This document shows, piece after piece, positions 13,792-27,349 of a stretch of DNA of 64,000 bases. The stretch is from Octopus sinensis (taxonomy: Eukaryota), in contig NC_043000.1 of assembly GCF_006345805.1 (NCBI RefSeq), positions 41,974,001 through 42,038,000 of the forward strand, read 5' to 3'. The notes under the pieces were generated by a model. It did no database searches, had not been told where the DNA came from, and saw nothing but the letters and a program-made list of their open reading frames with translations. How positions within the stretch are numbered: the first letter of the stretch is position 1; each line of letters opens with the position of its first letter. The translations under genes and the position numbers were made by a program.

Positions 13792-14524
13792 CTGGTTTGT
13801 CAGCTACACACATACGTTAAGTATTTATATTAACAAACTTTTTGTTATAGAATTACTTACATCTCATAACCCGACTATCCATTTTCTCTTTTGGGGAATA
13901 CCTTTTGAGGATGTAATTTGAGGGATGTTTGGATGCTATTTTTAGCAGGTCACACTATCACGCACAAGTTCTCTCCCTCTTCTCTTTATTTTTTATTTAT
14001 TTATCTATCTCAATCTCTATCACTCGTTATTTGTCGCAAGTAAAGGTTCTCAACTGGCAATCGGATAAAATGCCTTTCTATGTAAATGTACTGAAGTCTT
14101 ATTAAGACGGTAAGGTGTAATCTGGCCCGAATTGGTTACATTGTTACTAGATCATGCAGTCACACAGAAGTTCCTACTTTCTCTCCCTCTCCTTCTCTTT
14201 CTTTCTCTCTCTCCCCATCTCATCCGCTCTCTCTCTCTCTCTTTTATTCCTAGTGAGTCGCATGGCATATAGAGGATTTCTCTTAATTTCTAACAGGTCT
14301 TTATACTGTATATAAGCCATCTCTTGTTATTTCTTGACGGTAAAAGTGGCAAGTAGATTGGCTGAATTCTTAGGGCGTCGGACAAAATGCCTTTCCATGA
14401 AGATATATAGAAGTCAGTCTAATGAATTGCAATTGTTTCTTAATTGTAAATTTAATATATCACCCTGTTTAATGCCACTATTAGCCTCCTGGGTAGTTTA
14501 ACTGTAGTTTACTCTTTTGCATGT

Positions 14525-14867
14525 GAAGGCGTATGGCTCAGTGGTTAGAGCGTCGAGCTTACGATCATGAGGTTGTGAGCTCGAATACCGGACCGGGCTG
14601 CGTGTTGTGTTCTTGAGCAAGACACTTTATTTCACGTTGCTCCAGTTCACTCAGCTGTAGAAATGAGTTGCGACATTACTGGTGCCAAGCTGTATCGAAC
14701 TTTGCCTTTCCCTTGAATAACATCAGTGGTGTGGAGAGAGGAGGCTGGTATGCATGGGCGACTGCTGGCCTTCTATAAACAACCTTGCCCGGACTTGTGC
14801 CTCGGAGGGGAACTTACTAGGTGCAATCCCATGGTCATTCATGACCGAAGTGGGGTTTCCTCCACAT
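14525..14867 (+). mobile_element. tRNA-derived SINE family C, full length, 10-bp TSD ttttgcatgt
   Basis: A box tggctcagtggttag, B-box-like, CORE-like ttgtgttcttgagcaagacactt; TSD at 14515-14524 and 14868-14877. Confidence 0.9.
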
Positions 14868-15157
14868 TTTTGCATGTATTCGAACTAGGTTTTTGGTTTC
14901 AAAATAATCCATGAGCCTTCGTTTCTTTTTCCCTCTCTTTCTGTCTTCACCAATACTAAATGTTCCGCCATAGCCTATAGAGATTGTACCTTTTACCGTT
15001 GTCTAAACCACAATATACCTTCCGCCTAAGTTCAAATTCAGTCAAGCACTACTTTGCCTTTCATCCTTAAGGGCACGATAAAATAACACGCCAGTCAAGA
15101 ACTGAGCTGGATATTACCGACTATTCTCTCTCGTACACTTCTGAACGTGTAGTTATA

Positions 15158-15616
15158 CAGTAATCTCCCTCTTACCCGGCACCAATGGGAGCGGAAGATT
15201 ACTGGATAACCGAATTTTCCGGATAGCTAAGCATAATTTTTTTTTTCTAATGACAGAACTCATTAAAATTCCCTATATATTCAGTGTTATCATTTATATT
15301 CTAAATATATTAGAAATGAGGGAAATAGGAAGAAATAAAGCATAAATTAAATAAAGAATAAATTTTATTTACCGAACAAAATGCAGGTATTGTAAACGTA
15401 GTAAAATAAAATGCTGCACGGTACGTTGAAAAGCAACGACCATTTTACATAGGGGAGAAAAGTTCTTTTCTTTTAATGAGAATTATTAACACAAATATGC
15501 ATAAATTTTATTTTATTATATGCATAAATTTTATTTATTAACATTTTCTTTTTTTCCTCTGAATGCCGGTTGCTTGAGAGTTCCGGTTATTTGAGTGCCA
15601 GATAAGGAGTTTACTG
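15158..15616. mobile_element. Tc1/mariner (Tigger/pogo-like) MITE
   Basis: TA|cagtaatctccctcttacccggcac ... gtgccagataaggagtttactg|TA: imperfect CAGT TIRs with TA duplication. Confidence 0.7.
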
Positions 15617-17099
15617 TATTTCGACATTATTATTTTCAGAAGGTCGCACGAACACTTACAGGTTCTATTGTTCTCCCTAGCTGGTCCAGTTGCTGCATAA
15701 AGGAACCCACTTCAGTTCGTTACCACACACCTACACCCTCTGTGTTCGCTTGCTTGTGTTATTATGCTTGAATTTCTGTATCGATAACTAAAAGTTTAAA
15801 ACTACTACAGGTGTTAAGATGATCCAGTGTACGTGGTAGCCGGAAATGACAGCCAAATTTTATCGAATTGCGTACTATATCGCCTTAAAAAGAACCACGC
15901 TGGATATTTCTAACTCTAGTATTAGATTTATTGTTTAAATATCAAAGACACATAAGCAAATAAAACACAAAAAAAACAAGCAAATGCACAAATAGGGTGT
16001 CCCGCTATGCGGCTACTTGACATGTTAGAAATCACAATAGAACCTTACGTGGCTTCGTAGCCTGCTAGAAATAACAATTACTTACGTAGGTACAAGACCA
16101 GAAGTCTTTCATAATGAAACGATCAATTTGGTAAGGCTCTGCCCGTTTTATTGATGTAACTGAGCTTTTTCCAATCGCTGTGTCGCTCCCTCTGTAATTG
16201 GATAAAAATTTTGGCACAAGGCCAGAAAATTCAGGGAAGGGGATAAGTCGATTACATCGACCCCAGTGTTCGACTAGTACTTATTTTATCGACACCGAAA
16301 AGATAAAAGGCTAAGTCGACCTCTGTGGAAATAACGCTTCTTCTGTAATAAAAAATTCCATCAGCATTACCAAAAAGATCCCGTTTCCCAAAACAAAGAC
16401 GCCTGTGATAGGAGATAGAATTTCAACTGAAAACATCAAAAAGCTTGAACGGATGCCACAAAGAACGCCGTCTTATGTTCTAACTATTTCGCCAACCCAG
16501 CGGACTAAACAGGTACTTTATTTACTGTCCTCTAAAAGAGTGTTGACTTCCACGTGATTTGAATTCCGTAGTTGATTATGCAAAGGTACGAGTTGATGCC
16601 GATATGTATAAGCAGCGGTTCTTGTATAACAACACGCATTCTCATTGTTCGTGCTGTATGTGTTCTTGTGGGTTGTCTCCGACCGAACAATAGTTCTGAA
16701 TCAAGTACTGACCAAGGTTTGGCGCTTGGTAACTGGAATATTGCAAAGCATTTACTGTATTCTACCAGCTGGACGATGTTTTGGGATGGGAAAATCTCTT
16801 CTCGTGTTCTATAGAGGACTAATGAAGAGTGCAGTTGATGATGACCGGGGAACGATTCTGAACATCGAAGACAACAGTTTCAATAATCCTTCCTAGAGGA
16901 ATTTCAATTCGAGCAATATAGAAAATTTCCAAAATTTCTTGGACTGACAGTACTACAGTAGGTTTTTCTTGTTCAAGGTTAATTCTGCATTCGCAGCCAT
17001 GCTGTAGCCGCCAACCAACGGACCTTACCCAAGGTGTGCGCAGTGTGGTGAAACTATTAAGTATGAACCCGTTTAGAATCGATTTATAGGTTTATGTCG

Positions 17100-17480
17100 C
17101 ACAGCTTTTATCACGTGCGAGACAGATCTGGCTCTCAACCGAGCTTATTGTAAACATTAACCCAGCGCCTTCCTTTTGGCGACTAAAAGGAATAATCTTC
17201 CTTTGTTTTGTGGTGCACACAGTTGAAATTATTGGAGATGCAGCGTTTTCTCGCAAACCAAGCCCCCATCAACTACTTCACATATCACTTGAAGATGAAG
17301 GTGAGGGTAGATAGGAAACTGTTGCTGTCCAATAGAGTTTATGAAAGGCAAATCTGAGTGGCAAAACTGTCATTGGTAAATGAATCCACACGATGTGCAC
17401 GTGAGTTTGGCGGTAAGAAACAAAGGGTACTTGCTCTTTGGTGTGAAAGGGCAGTCTGGAACTGTATGTGAAACCCCGAA
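17100..17480 (+). mobile_element. possible degenerate L1/Tx1-like 3' fragment
   Basis: Coding-like remnant (YFTYHLKMKVRVDRK) recalled as similar to mollusc Tx1 C-termini; heavily decayed. Confidence 0.25.
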
Positions 17481-17984
17481 TCACTCTATGTGGTTTCCAT
17501 CTCCTCTACTTCGCAGTTGTTATATCGTTGCTCTACATTGTTATTACTATTTATTATTATCCTTTATTAATGTCTTTCTGTTGCTATAACTCTCTCACCC
17601 CCTTATAACATGTAACCATTCGCCTCCACCGTTTCTTATTTGTTACTGTCTTTTGTATTTCGCCTATGCAATGTTTGAGCCTCATTGGCCAATAAAAGAA
17701 ATCATTATCGCTATTGTCATCAATGTTATTTCACCGAAGACTGGGTATTTGAATGTTCTTATGCAACGTCTATTAATTCCTAGCAACGATTACATCTTTC
17801 AACCGAATTTAAGCCACAGTGTGTTAAAGAATCATTAACATATTTTTGCTATTTTCTCTCTTTCTTTCCTCTTTCCTTCATTTTCCTTCCTTCCTCCTGT
17901 CCTTCCTTCCTTCCTTCCTTCCTTCTTTCCTTCCTTCCTTCCTTCCTTTCGGCCTTCCTTTGTTGCAGTTATACTTTAATCATA

Positions 17985-18390
17985 TATTAGTTCTGATCGC
18001 GCAGACCTAGATATGAGAATTTCTTCTCTTCAGAAACAGTATATCTTACAACTGCATTATTCAATGTGTTCGTGTTTCAAATGCAGTGTGGTCTTATTTC
18101 ATTGAGTTAAGGTTTCTATTTTCAGCAGGTGAGAACGATCACCATGCTCCGTTAGTTCCAGTCTTCTCTCTTGTTATTATTGTTATTGTTTACTTCTAGG
18201 TAAGAGCTAATTGAAAATAGCAAACAAAGATCAAAGGAATTCCAAATTATAACCATCACGTTTATATTCTTATGCACAGAGAACACCAGGGATAATTTAC
18301 TCAACTTGCGCCTCTTTTAAGACGGTAGAATGTGCTTTTAAGGATAATTTGGCTTTTATTTCAAACACATTGCACTGACCAAGTAGAGGC
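17985..18390 (+). repeat. two decayed copies of a dispersed repeat (family D)
   Basis: Shares ctgatcg(a)gcagacct, ttaagacggtag and gctatttctagcagg motifs with copies near 5440-5600, 20370-20690, 46350-46570, 51240-51520 and 53740-53910. Confidence 0.55.
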
Positions 18391-20694
18391 GAATCCTATG
18401 TTGAGTCGAATCTTCTTTGTTTATATGCTGAAATATAGAGACGATACTGCAAGTGCGAGATGTCACCCACTTTGACCGAACAAAACAATATGCTTATCTA
18501 CATTACCCATGATAGTCTTGTAAAGATTGTGAGGACTCGGTCTAGTCAGCTAGCTTTACAAACCACGCTCATATCATTCATTTAGATTTATTTATGCGAT
18601 AACTGAAAAAGAAGGAAAAAAGAGTCAGGCGTCAGCCAACAAAAATATTCTATCTTCCTTGTTTACTACGCTATACACTTTTGTACATACACGTGTCAAC
18701 CAAACCATCAAGTACCAGTGCGTAACAGGGTGCATGCGTATGATAAAAGCACCGGTTGTGTTTACACATTCCACGTGAATGCACCTTTTGGACACAATAC
18801 GCACGCTGTGTGAACTGTATTGCAGTTGCTATCCCTGCTTCTACTTCAGTCCCACCACCACCACCACTACCTCTGTAATGAAACTGTGATCATGATTGTT
18901 GTCATGGTGCTGCTACTGCTGCTGCTGCTGCTGTTGTTGTTGCTTATCAGTGAAGGCGCCTGAGGATGTGCTTCAAGGACGCTAGGTTACGACTCTCAAC
19001 ACGCGTGTCGCACTGAATTGCAGCAGTCAAACTGGTTGAGATATATTTGTGAAATATTAAACCTCTATACTTATAGCACACTCGATCTTCTGTCGATCAG
19101 AAGTTTCTGTCTCTTCATGCTTCTGTTGCAACACATCTTTCCCGCATGAGTTTTGTTCACGGGCGACGTTGAGACTCCGTATTGCATGCCGCTGAAACAA
19201 TCAACGATATCCAATAATGAAGAACACTTTTTTCTCGTCATAGCATGTATTCTAGTCAAAGAAAGAATTAGTGTTTTAAAAACTTTAGTCTTTTCCGTAT
19301 TATTTCTATTTAACAACTGACATCAAGTGAAAGTGGCGTCAGGTAGTTGAGGACTGTTTCTGCTACTTTTGTGATTATTGTTGCTGCTGTTGTTGTTGTC
19401 GTTGTTTATGTCCTATTCATGCAAATCTCCAGTGCATATGTAGTCCGTTAGATGACTAGGAGCGACCCATACGTCTATTACTTCACATACACGTTGTCTC
19501 TCCGCTAAGTGAAGCCCGTACGATGTTCCTAACATGCGAAAGAACGTCATATGCGATGCAGTGTGGTAGTTTGAATTCGGCATTTACTTCAGTTAACTAG
19601 TATGTTTCTTTTATGTGTCAATAAGTTATGATAAGAGTGACCTCAAGTTATGATAGTGCCTAAAGAGGAGACAAGCAAGATGGACTCGGTCAAAGCGTGA
19701 GAATTATTGTTCTGCATGCATTTAGCGTTACTGGTAAGTATCCCAAGAGAGCATTTGGATTTGATGAACTTATTGATGCTTTGATTGTTTTCTCTACCGA
19801 GTGCAGTGCCGTCCTTCATTACTTTATCATAAGGTCTTTCATTGCCTCGTCATAAGATACCCTCATTACAGAAAATCTATTCTTGATAAAATAAGTCGAC
19901 CTTAGCAGAGTTTACACACAGAGCATAAAATCAGAAGAAATGCCGCTAATCATATATTGTCCGACGTGCTAGCGATTCTGCACAAATGTTGTTGCTGTTC
20001 TTGATGCCGATATTAATGATTTTGTTTGTTATTTTTTTTTTTGCTTCATTTTTCTAACAGTTTTATCCATAGATTGTTATCCTTTCATAAACTCTCCTCT
20101 ATATACCAGCAATCTGTTCCTTAGGTTAATTACCACTAAAGAAGGAAGAAAAAAATCTGTCACTTGAAACGAGACCAACTAGTCAGTGACAATTTCCTTC
20201 AGTGGATACAGTAAGCTAACAAAACACCCGGCATCTTCCCTATACAGTAAGCTAGCAAAACACCCGGTATCTTCCATTTAGAAGTTTTACTATGCGAATT
20301 ACTGACCCATCTGTTAAATGTCTCGTAACCTATCAATGTAACGTAGGCATTGGGGGAACCTGTAAGTAGTCTCTCGACATGTTAAATATAGCTGTAAAAC
20401 TTCCATTAAATCATACCGTGCTATATTGAGTAACATAATTATTTGATATTGTAACCCTACGTGCCCTTAAAAAGACTGGATGATCACGGCTGGAATGCCG
20501 CTGATGATATATCTACTTGATAAGAGTTGAATTAAGGCTAAACAACTATGGTATTGTTGCTGTTGGTGAGGAACCAGAAATTTGCCCCGACGCAGCAGGC
20601 CTATGATCAGAAGCATACCAGTTATGAACATCCTGTCTTTATGTATATTGAAGACTACATTCTCAAATTATCCTTCCTGTTTTAAGATATTTTT

Positions 20695-20920
20695 TTACTC
20701 TTTTACTTGTTTCAGTCATTTGACTGTGGCCATGCCGGAGCACCGCCGTTAGTCGAGCAAATCAACCCCAGGACTTATTCTTTGTAAGCCTAGTACTTAT
20801 TCTATCGGTCTCTTTTGCCGAACCGCTAATTTACGGGGACGTAAACACACCAGCATCGGTTGTCAAGCGATGTTGGGAGGAAAAACACAGACACACAAAC
20901 GTATACACGCAAACACATAC

Positions 20921-20993
<73 letters not shown>

Positions 20994-21159
20994 TACGACG
21001 AGCTTCTTTCAGTTTCCGCCTACCAAATTCACTCACAAGACTTTGGTCGGCCCAAGGCTATAGTAGAAGACACTTGCCCAAGGTGCCACGCAGTGGAACT
21101 GAACCCGGAATTATGTGGTTAGTAACCAAGCTACTTACCACACAGCCACTCCTACGCCT
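20695..21159 (-). mobile_element. SINE family B, full length
   Basis: Same structure as 4966-5367, with expanded internal (TA)n. Confidence 0.9.
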
Positions 21160-22344
21160 AATAGAAGTAGATTTCAGGGAATTTAGGTGCTATTCCTAGC
21201 AATTCGAGAGACCGCATGGCGACCTCTTGTGATGGCCTATGTACTCGTTGTCACTGTTCTTATGTTTTTTTTTTTCTTGTTTTATATATTATTTTTGCCG
21301 ATGTCTCTATTTTTGTTGCTGTTGTTTGTCTTTGTTGCCTGTTACGTTTTTACGCTTATATCTGTAGCATCAACAGTAACAGCAGCAGACGTGGCCGAGA
21401 GAACATATAATCAAGGTTTCTTTCAACCATTCCCAACCAATGTCAACCATGCCTAACCTATATTTATTTAGGATTTGTGTACCCCAGTCTAAATTTTACC
21501 ATAATTAAGTTCAATGTTTTTATATAGACTTAAGATATTCTAGTTGTTATATGATAATTAAATGTTACTCGTGTACGATATTATACAACCACGCAGCAAT
21601 TTTCTCATTACTATGTCGACCTACTTCATTGAGGATGTCCAGTTAAACCCAAATGTTCGGCGTTGTCTCGTGTACTTTTCGAAAAGATTAACATATTAGA
21701 ACATTGTTTTCTTAAGGTGGCGAGCTGGAAAATCTTTAGTACGTCTTACGAAATGTTTAGCGGAATTCCTTCCGTTTTTACGTTTGGAGTTCAAAATTCA
21801 CTGAAGTCGAATTTGCTTTTCATCCATTCTGGGTTGATAAAATAAGTACCAGTTAAGCACTGAAGTTCATGTAATCGCCTAGCTTCCTCCCACACCAAAT
21901 TTCAGACCTTGTGTCTATAGTAGAAAGGAGATACACTCCTTTATGTATTTGTTTTTAAGGCCATGAGAACCGTTACCACGCGGGAGAAAATTAGCGGCAT
22001 TTCTACTTACTTTACATTTTGAGATCAAATTCTGTCAGCTTACTGCCTTTATGATGTAGATGTAGTATATTAGACGAACAAATGCGGCAAGCTGGCAAAT
22101 AATAATAGGAATTCATCAAAATTTTCAAGAATACTTTCCCCATACATCATTCTGTGATGCACCTGGAAATATCATCAGGGATGGTTGAAATAACGTCATA
22201 ATAGAACATATTTCAAATTCTACACTATGCCATTTTTAAAAAATAGAAAGTGGCAGACGTGAGGACGGATGGACAGACAGACCAAAAGACAGTGAGAGAA
22301 ACACTGTCCTTAAATATAATATAGACTTAATATTCTTGTCTGCT

Positions 22345-23030
22345 ATAAACACAAGGTTTGAAGATTTAAGGCAGGAGGATAGTCGATTATATCGACCCCA
22401 GCGCTCAACTGGTACTTATTTTATCGACACCGAAAGGATGAAAAGCAAAGCCGACCTCGGCAGAATTTGAACTCAGAAAATAAAGACGCACGAAATGCCG
22501 CTAAGCACTTTTTCTAGCTTGCTAACGATTCTGCCAGCTTGCCACCTTTATAATGTAGATTTAATATATTTATTTCTTTATAGTAGATTTAACATATTAC
22601 ATGAACAAAAACGGCGAGCTGGCAGAATCGTTAGTACGCCGGGCAAAATGCTTACCGATATTTCGCTTGTCTTTACGTTCTGAGTTCAAATTCCGCCGAG
22701 TTCGACTTTGCCTTTCATCCTCTAGGGGTCGATAAATTAAGTACCAGTTAAGCATTGGAGTCGATCTAATCGACTGGCTTCCTTCCCCAAAATTTCGGGC
22801 CTTGAGCCTAGAGTAGAAAAGAAAAACAAAGTTTCCTTATCACACCGGAGAAAATGGACAACGGCATTTCGTCCAAACTTACGTTCTGAGTTCAAATTCC
22901 GCTGAGGTCAACTTAGCTTTTCATCTTTTTCGGAGTTGATAAATAAAGCATCAATTGAGCATTGGTTTCAAGATAATTGACAAGCCCCTCTCCACAAATC
23001 CCAGGATCTGGGCTTATAGTCGAAAGATTA
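22345..23030. mobile_element. cluster of SINE family A copies (minus 22345-22545; plus 22613-22820 and 22860-23030)
   Basis: Family A core motifs in both orientations. Confidence 0.85.
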
Positions 23031-24229
23031 TTTTTGCAGTGTCGTCTCTTTTCTCTTTTTCCTTTTCTCAAGTAGAAAAGCCTTAAACGGCGTAGGAAGA
23101 GCAAAAGATGGAAGTGAAGGAGAGAAATAGGAAGTGAAAATTGAATTAAAAAGTTAAAAAGAAGGAAAAAGAGCAAGAGAATGATGTGAAGTATAAAAGG
23201 CAAGTGCGAGAAAGAAGAAGATATGAAAGAAACACTTTTTTTCTCCTTCCCATTTTCTGATGTTGCAACGTTTCTTTGAAAAAGGATAAAAAGGAGAGGA
23301 AAGAGGAGGAGAAAGACGAGTAAAAAGAAGTGAGAATATATAATTACGAAGTTTGAACTGTGGAGGCACCTACCAGCTCTTATCCTATATTTCCCCCCAC
23401 CTCGTCGACGATGATGAGGATGAAGTAAAGAAAGAGGAAGAGAAGGGAGAATGTCCAATGAGATGTCCAGAAGGATGCAAGTAGAGGAGTGAACGAGAAG
23501 AACAATGAGGGACGGTTTTGTACTGTGAAACTTACTCCCGTTCCTACTATCCCACCTCTTTTACTTTGTAATCTTATCGCTTCCTCTAACACGTTTATCT
23601 TCTTATCTGTTGCCTAGGTGACATTTCATTTAATGTTTATATTTTTTAAATCGCATTACGTCATTATTGATTTGGCTAAAAAGAAAAATATATACAGAAC
23701 GCAAAAAAAAAAACGGATTGGCATTCATAAACAGTAACTTTAATTTTTTTTTTCTAACATCAGATTACTCTCGTTTGTATAGCACCCGCACTACTTCATA
23801 TGTTCTGGTACCTTCTTCACCAGCAGAATCTGCATCACAATTCATCACCATTCATCACCAGCACCACCATTTGTATAAACTGAGTTAGGTTATAGGAAGG
23901 ATAACAGCACTTCTCTTCCAATCTCGATACAATGAGAGTGAGCTACAATATAACTGCATTATGTACAAGGAATAGTATCCGACATCTTCTTCAAATCAGA
24001 CCCTGTCGCCTTAGATCCAAAACGATATATTTACCAATGTAGTCTGATAACAGAAAAGGCAAAATAACAATAATAAAAATATTGCATAAATAAATAGATA
24101 AATAATTAAATAAATAAATAAATATTTAAAACTACATGGTTACTGTGGGAACGGCGTAGACCATAGGTCTGCCAACCAAAACTATACAATTAATTCGACC
24201 CATTCGATTCAAGAAAGGAGCATTTCAAC

Positions 24230-24376
24230 CAAGCATGGGCAACCTTTTTCAAGAAGCGGTCTGCATGAAACCTGATTCATCATCATGCAGGTCCCACTAC
24301 TAAAACAAGTCGAAGTAATTTATCGTAAGGCGTGCATATTCGGAAAGTCCTGCGAGCTACTGGTTGCCCATGACTG
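24230..24376. mobile_element. hAT-like MITE
   Basis: caagcatgggcaacc ... ggttgcccatgactg terminal inverted repeats; the 8-bp TSD is not cleanly preserved. Confidence 0.55.
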
Positions 24377-25090
24377 ATCCCTGCAGTCTATGATCTGCTA
24401 GACACTCAAGTGTTTCTCAATCCACAGTCAGAAGCTCTGAGCAGCATCAGCAACAAAAACAATAAGAGCCTATACAGTGTGTGTCTTTCAAAACCAAATT
24501 ACAAGTATATATCTTTTGTCGTATATCAAATGCTTATCTTCTATATATACATCTGTGGCGTAACTAAGAGGGGAGCAAGAGGAGCGACTGCTCCCCGTGG
24601 GCAATTTTTTAAAAGTTGGCACCTTTTATAAAATGTATAATCATTAATTATACATTGTTTGGTATGTGTCCTGATGCATTCATTGTTAAATCTGTATTTC
24701 TGCCTCTTTAGGCTTCATCAGTAGCAAAGGCTTTCAATGATATCTCTGCATTATGTATGATACACCGCTTGCAGTTTCAAACTAATACAGCTTCTGCTGC
24801 ATATAACTCATTTTTATTTGGCCTGCCGACTAAGTGCAGCATCTGTGACTCTTCAATCACTATTTTATAATATCAGTCGCGATTTCGTCTTAGCATACGG
24901 TTGCCAATAGAAGCTTTCTACTGACGAAGCTCAAGGAGGAAGAAATACGCATTTAGTTATGCCATCACCGCTACTGGACGATGTTCGCCTGCTACTGATG
25001 TATTTTTTGTGTTTTTAACACTAAACCCCTATCAGAGATATTCTCTCCAGGACGAATACCACTATGAAACACGCACACATTCATATTTTT

Positions 25091-25139
<49 letters not shown>

Positions 25140-25186
25140 CATGTAACGAATACCACTATGAAATACATACACTTTCATATTTTTGT

Positions 25187-25269
<83 letters not shown>

Positions 25270-25959
25270 CGCACAAACATACACACAGATACATATATAT
25301 CTATGTGTGTGTGTGCGGTACATCACCCTTTAGTGTTACGGGTAACATGTGATCTAGTGCAAAAAGTTCTATGCTTGGGTGGTCGGCGACTAAAGCGGCA
25401 CCCCACAAGTCTTCCCTGCTGAGAAGCTTGCAAATAAACAAGCCGATGAAAACCAACAACGAACAACAGCACAAAATGTACCTAACGTAAGGTCAACAAT
25501 TATCTTCTAATAATACCCAATACCTTGCTATGTGCGTGTGTGTGTGTGCATGTGTTTGTTTGTCCCTGTGTATGTATATGTATGTTTGTATGTATGTTTA
25601 CTAGTAATGACACCCGGTCCTTTTCGTTCCAGGCATAGCAACTTTAGAGAATTCTTGAATCTTGATATCATCTTTCCTTCTGAAGTGGAGTTGGTCTTAA
25701 TTGCCATTTGGTAATTATGGTTCATTCTCTAGAGGTGGAGGTAATTTTAATAAATCAAGAATTTATGTTGTATAGTATTTGACATACCTTTATTTGTTTA
25801 TGTTGTGTAAAAGCATACCACAGACCACTCTGAGTTATTTCTCTCAGCTCTTCTTTGTTTATATACATACGTATATGTTAGTGTATGTGTCAGCGTATGT
25901 ATGTGTGTGTATATAAACATACATACACACACACATTCATGTAATATATTCGTTCCAAA

Positions 25960-26938
25960 TTGTGGCACAAGCTAAAATTTCAGGGGAGAGGGTAATCGAT
26001 AACATCGACCCCAGTGCGTAAATGGTACTTATTTTATCGACCCCGAAAAGATGAAAGGCGAAGTCAAGCTTGGTGGAATTTGAACTCAGAAAGTAAAGAC
26101 GGACGAAATACCGCAAAGCTTTTAGCCAGGCGAGTTAATGATTCTGCCAATTCACCGCTTTTGTTCATGTAATATATTAAATCTACAAGGCGACGAGCTG
26201 GCAGAAACGTTAGCACGCTGGGCGAAATAATTAGCGGTATTTCGTCTGCCGCTACGTTCTGAGTTCAAATTCCACCGAGGTCGACTTTGCCTTTCATCCT
26301 TTCGGGGTCGATTAAATAAGTACCAGTTACGCAGTGGTGTCGATATAATCGACTTAATCCATTTGTCTGTCCTTGTTTGTCCTCTCTGTGTTTAGCCCCT
26401 TGTGGGTAGTAAAGAAATAGATATTTCATCTGTCGCTACGTTCTGAGTTCAAATTCCGCCGAGGTCGACTTTACCTTTCATCCTTTCGGGGTCGATTAAA
26501 TAAGTACCAGATACGCACTGGGGTCGATATAATCGACTTAATCCGTTTGTCTGTCCTTGTTTGTCTCGCTATGTTCTGAGTTCAAATTCCGCCGAGGTCG
26601 ACTTTGCTTTCATCCTTTAGAGATCGATAAATTAAGTACCAGTTGTGTGCAGGGTCGATCTAATCGACTGATCGTCTCCCTCAAAATTTCGGGCCTTATG
26701 CCTAGAGTAGAAAAGAATATATTAAATTTATATTATAAAGGCGGCAAGCTGGCAGAATCGTTAGCACGCTGGCATTTCGAGCGTCTTTGTGCTCTGAGTT
26801 CAAAAACTACCGAGGTCGGCTTTACTTTTCATCCTTTCGAGGTTAATAAAATAAGTACCAGTTGAGCACTGGGGTAGACGTAATCGACTAATCCCTCCCC
26901 AAAATTTCAAGCCTTGTGCCTATAGTTGAAAGGTTATT
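25960..26938. mobile_element. SINE family A cluster: minus copy 25960-26160, head-to-tail trimer 26189-26718, plus copy 26740-26938
   Basis: Repeated gttctgagttcaaattccgccgaggtcgac cores. Confidence 0.9.
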
Positions 26939-27349
26939 AAATCTGTATAACGTTTAAGAGCCATGCTCTTTTCTTCAACCGTTTGTCAGTCTGTCCCTCT
27001 GTTCTTCCATCCACCAAAAATATTCAAAAATATCGCGAAAAAAGGCATAGTGTAGAATTTGAAAAATGTTCCATTATGACGTTACTTCAATCATGATTTT
27101 TTAAAACAGAAAATAAAAGGGATTTAATAATATATTTGATATTGTTCCTTGTCTATATTATGATCTCAGGAAACATCACTGATGATGATTCCAGGTGTAT
27201 CACAGAATGGTGTATAGGAAAAGTCGTTTGAAAATTTCATTAAATTTCTATTATGATGTCATAATTTGCCACTTTCCCTCATAAATAAGAAATGAAACAA
27301 GAGGGGGAAAAAAACAAAACAAAAAACAATAATTATTCAAGTCATTCTC

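Noticed and set aside
14525-14610. tRNA-like sequences with A and B boxes (also at 54680-54761 and the other SINE heads)
   Set aside because: They are SINE heads that continue into SINE bodies and lack a complete cloverleaf or acceptor stem.
16812-16896. Plus-strand terminal-exon-like segment (GLMKSAVDDDRGTILNIEDNSFNNPS*) after a good acceptor
   Set aside because: No upstream partner exon or homology recognised; insufficient support.
18115-18206. Two AG|GT composite sites resembling recursive splice sites (ttttcagcag|gtgaga, ttacttctag|gtaaga)
   Set aside because: Both map to conserved positions of decayed family D repeats, and no plus-strand host transcript is evident.
26189-26938. Regularly repeated units resembling a CRISPR array
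   Set aside because: The units are long SINE fragments without unique spacers, in a eukaryotic context with no cas genes.
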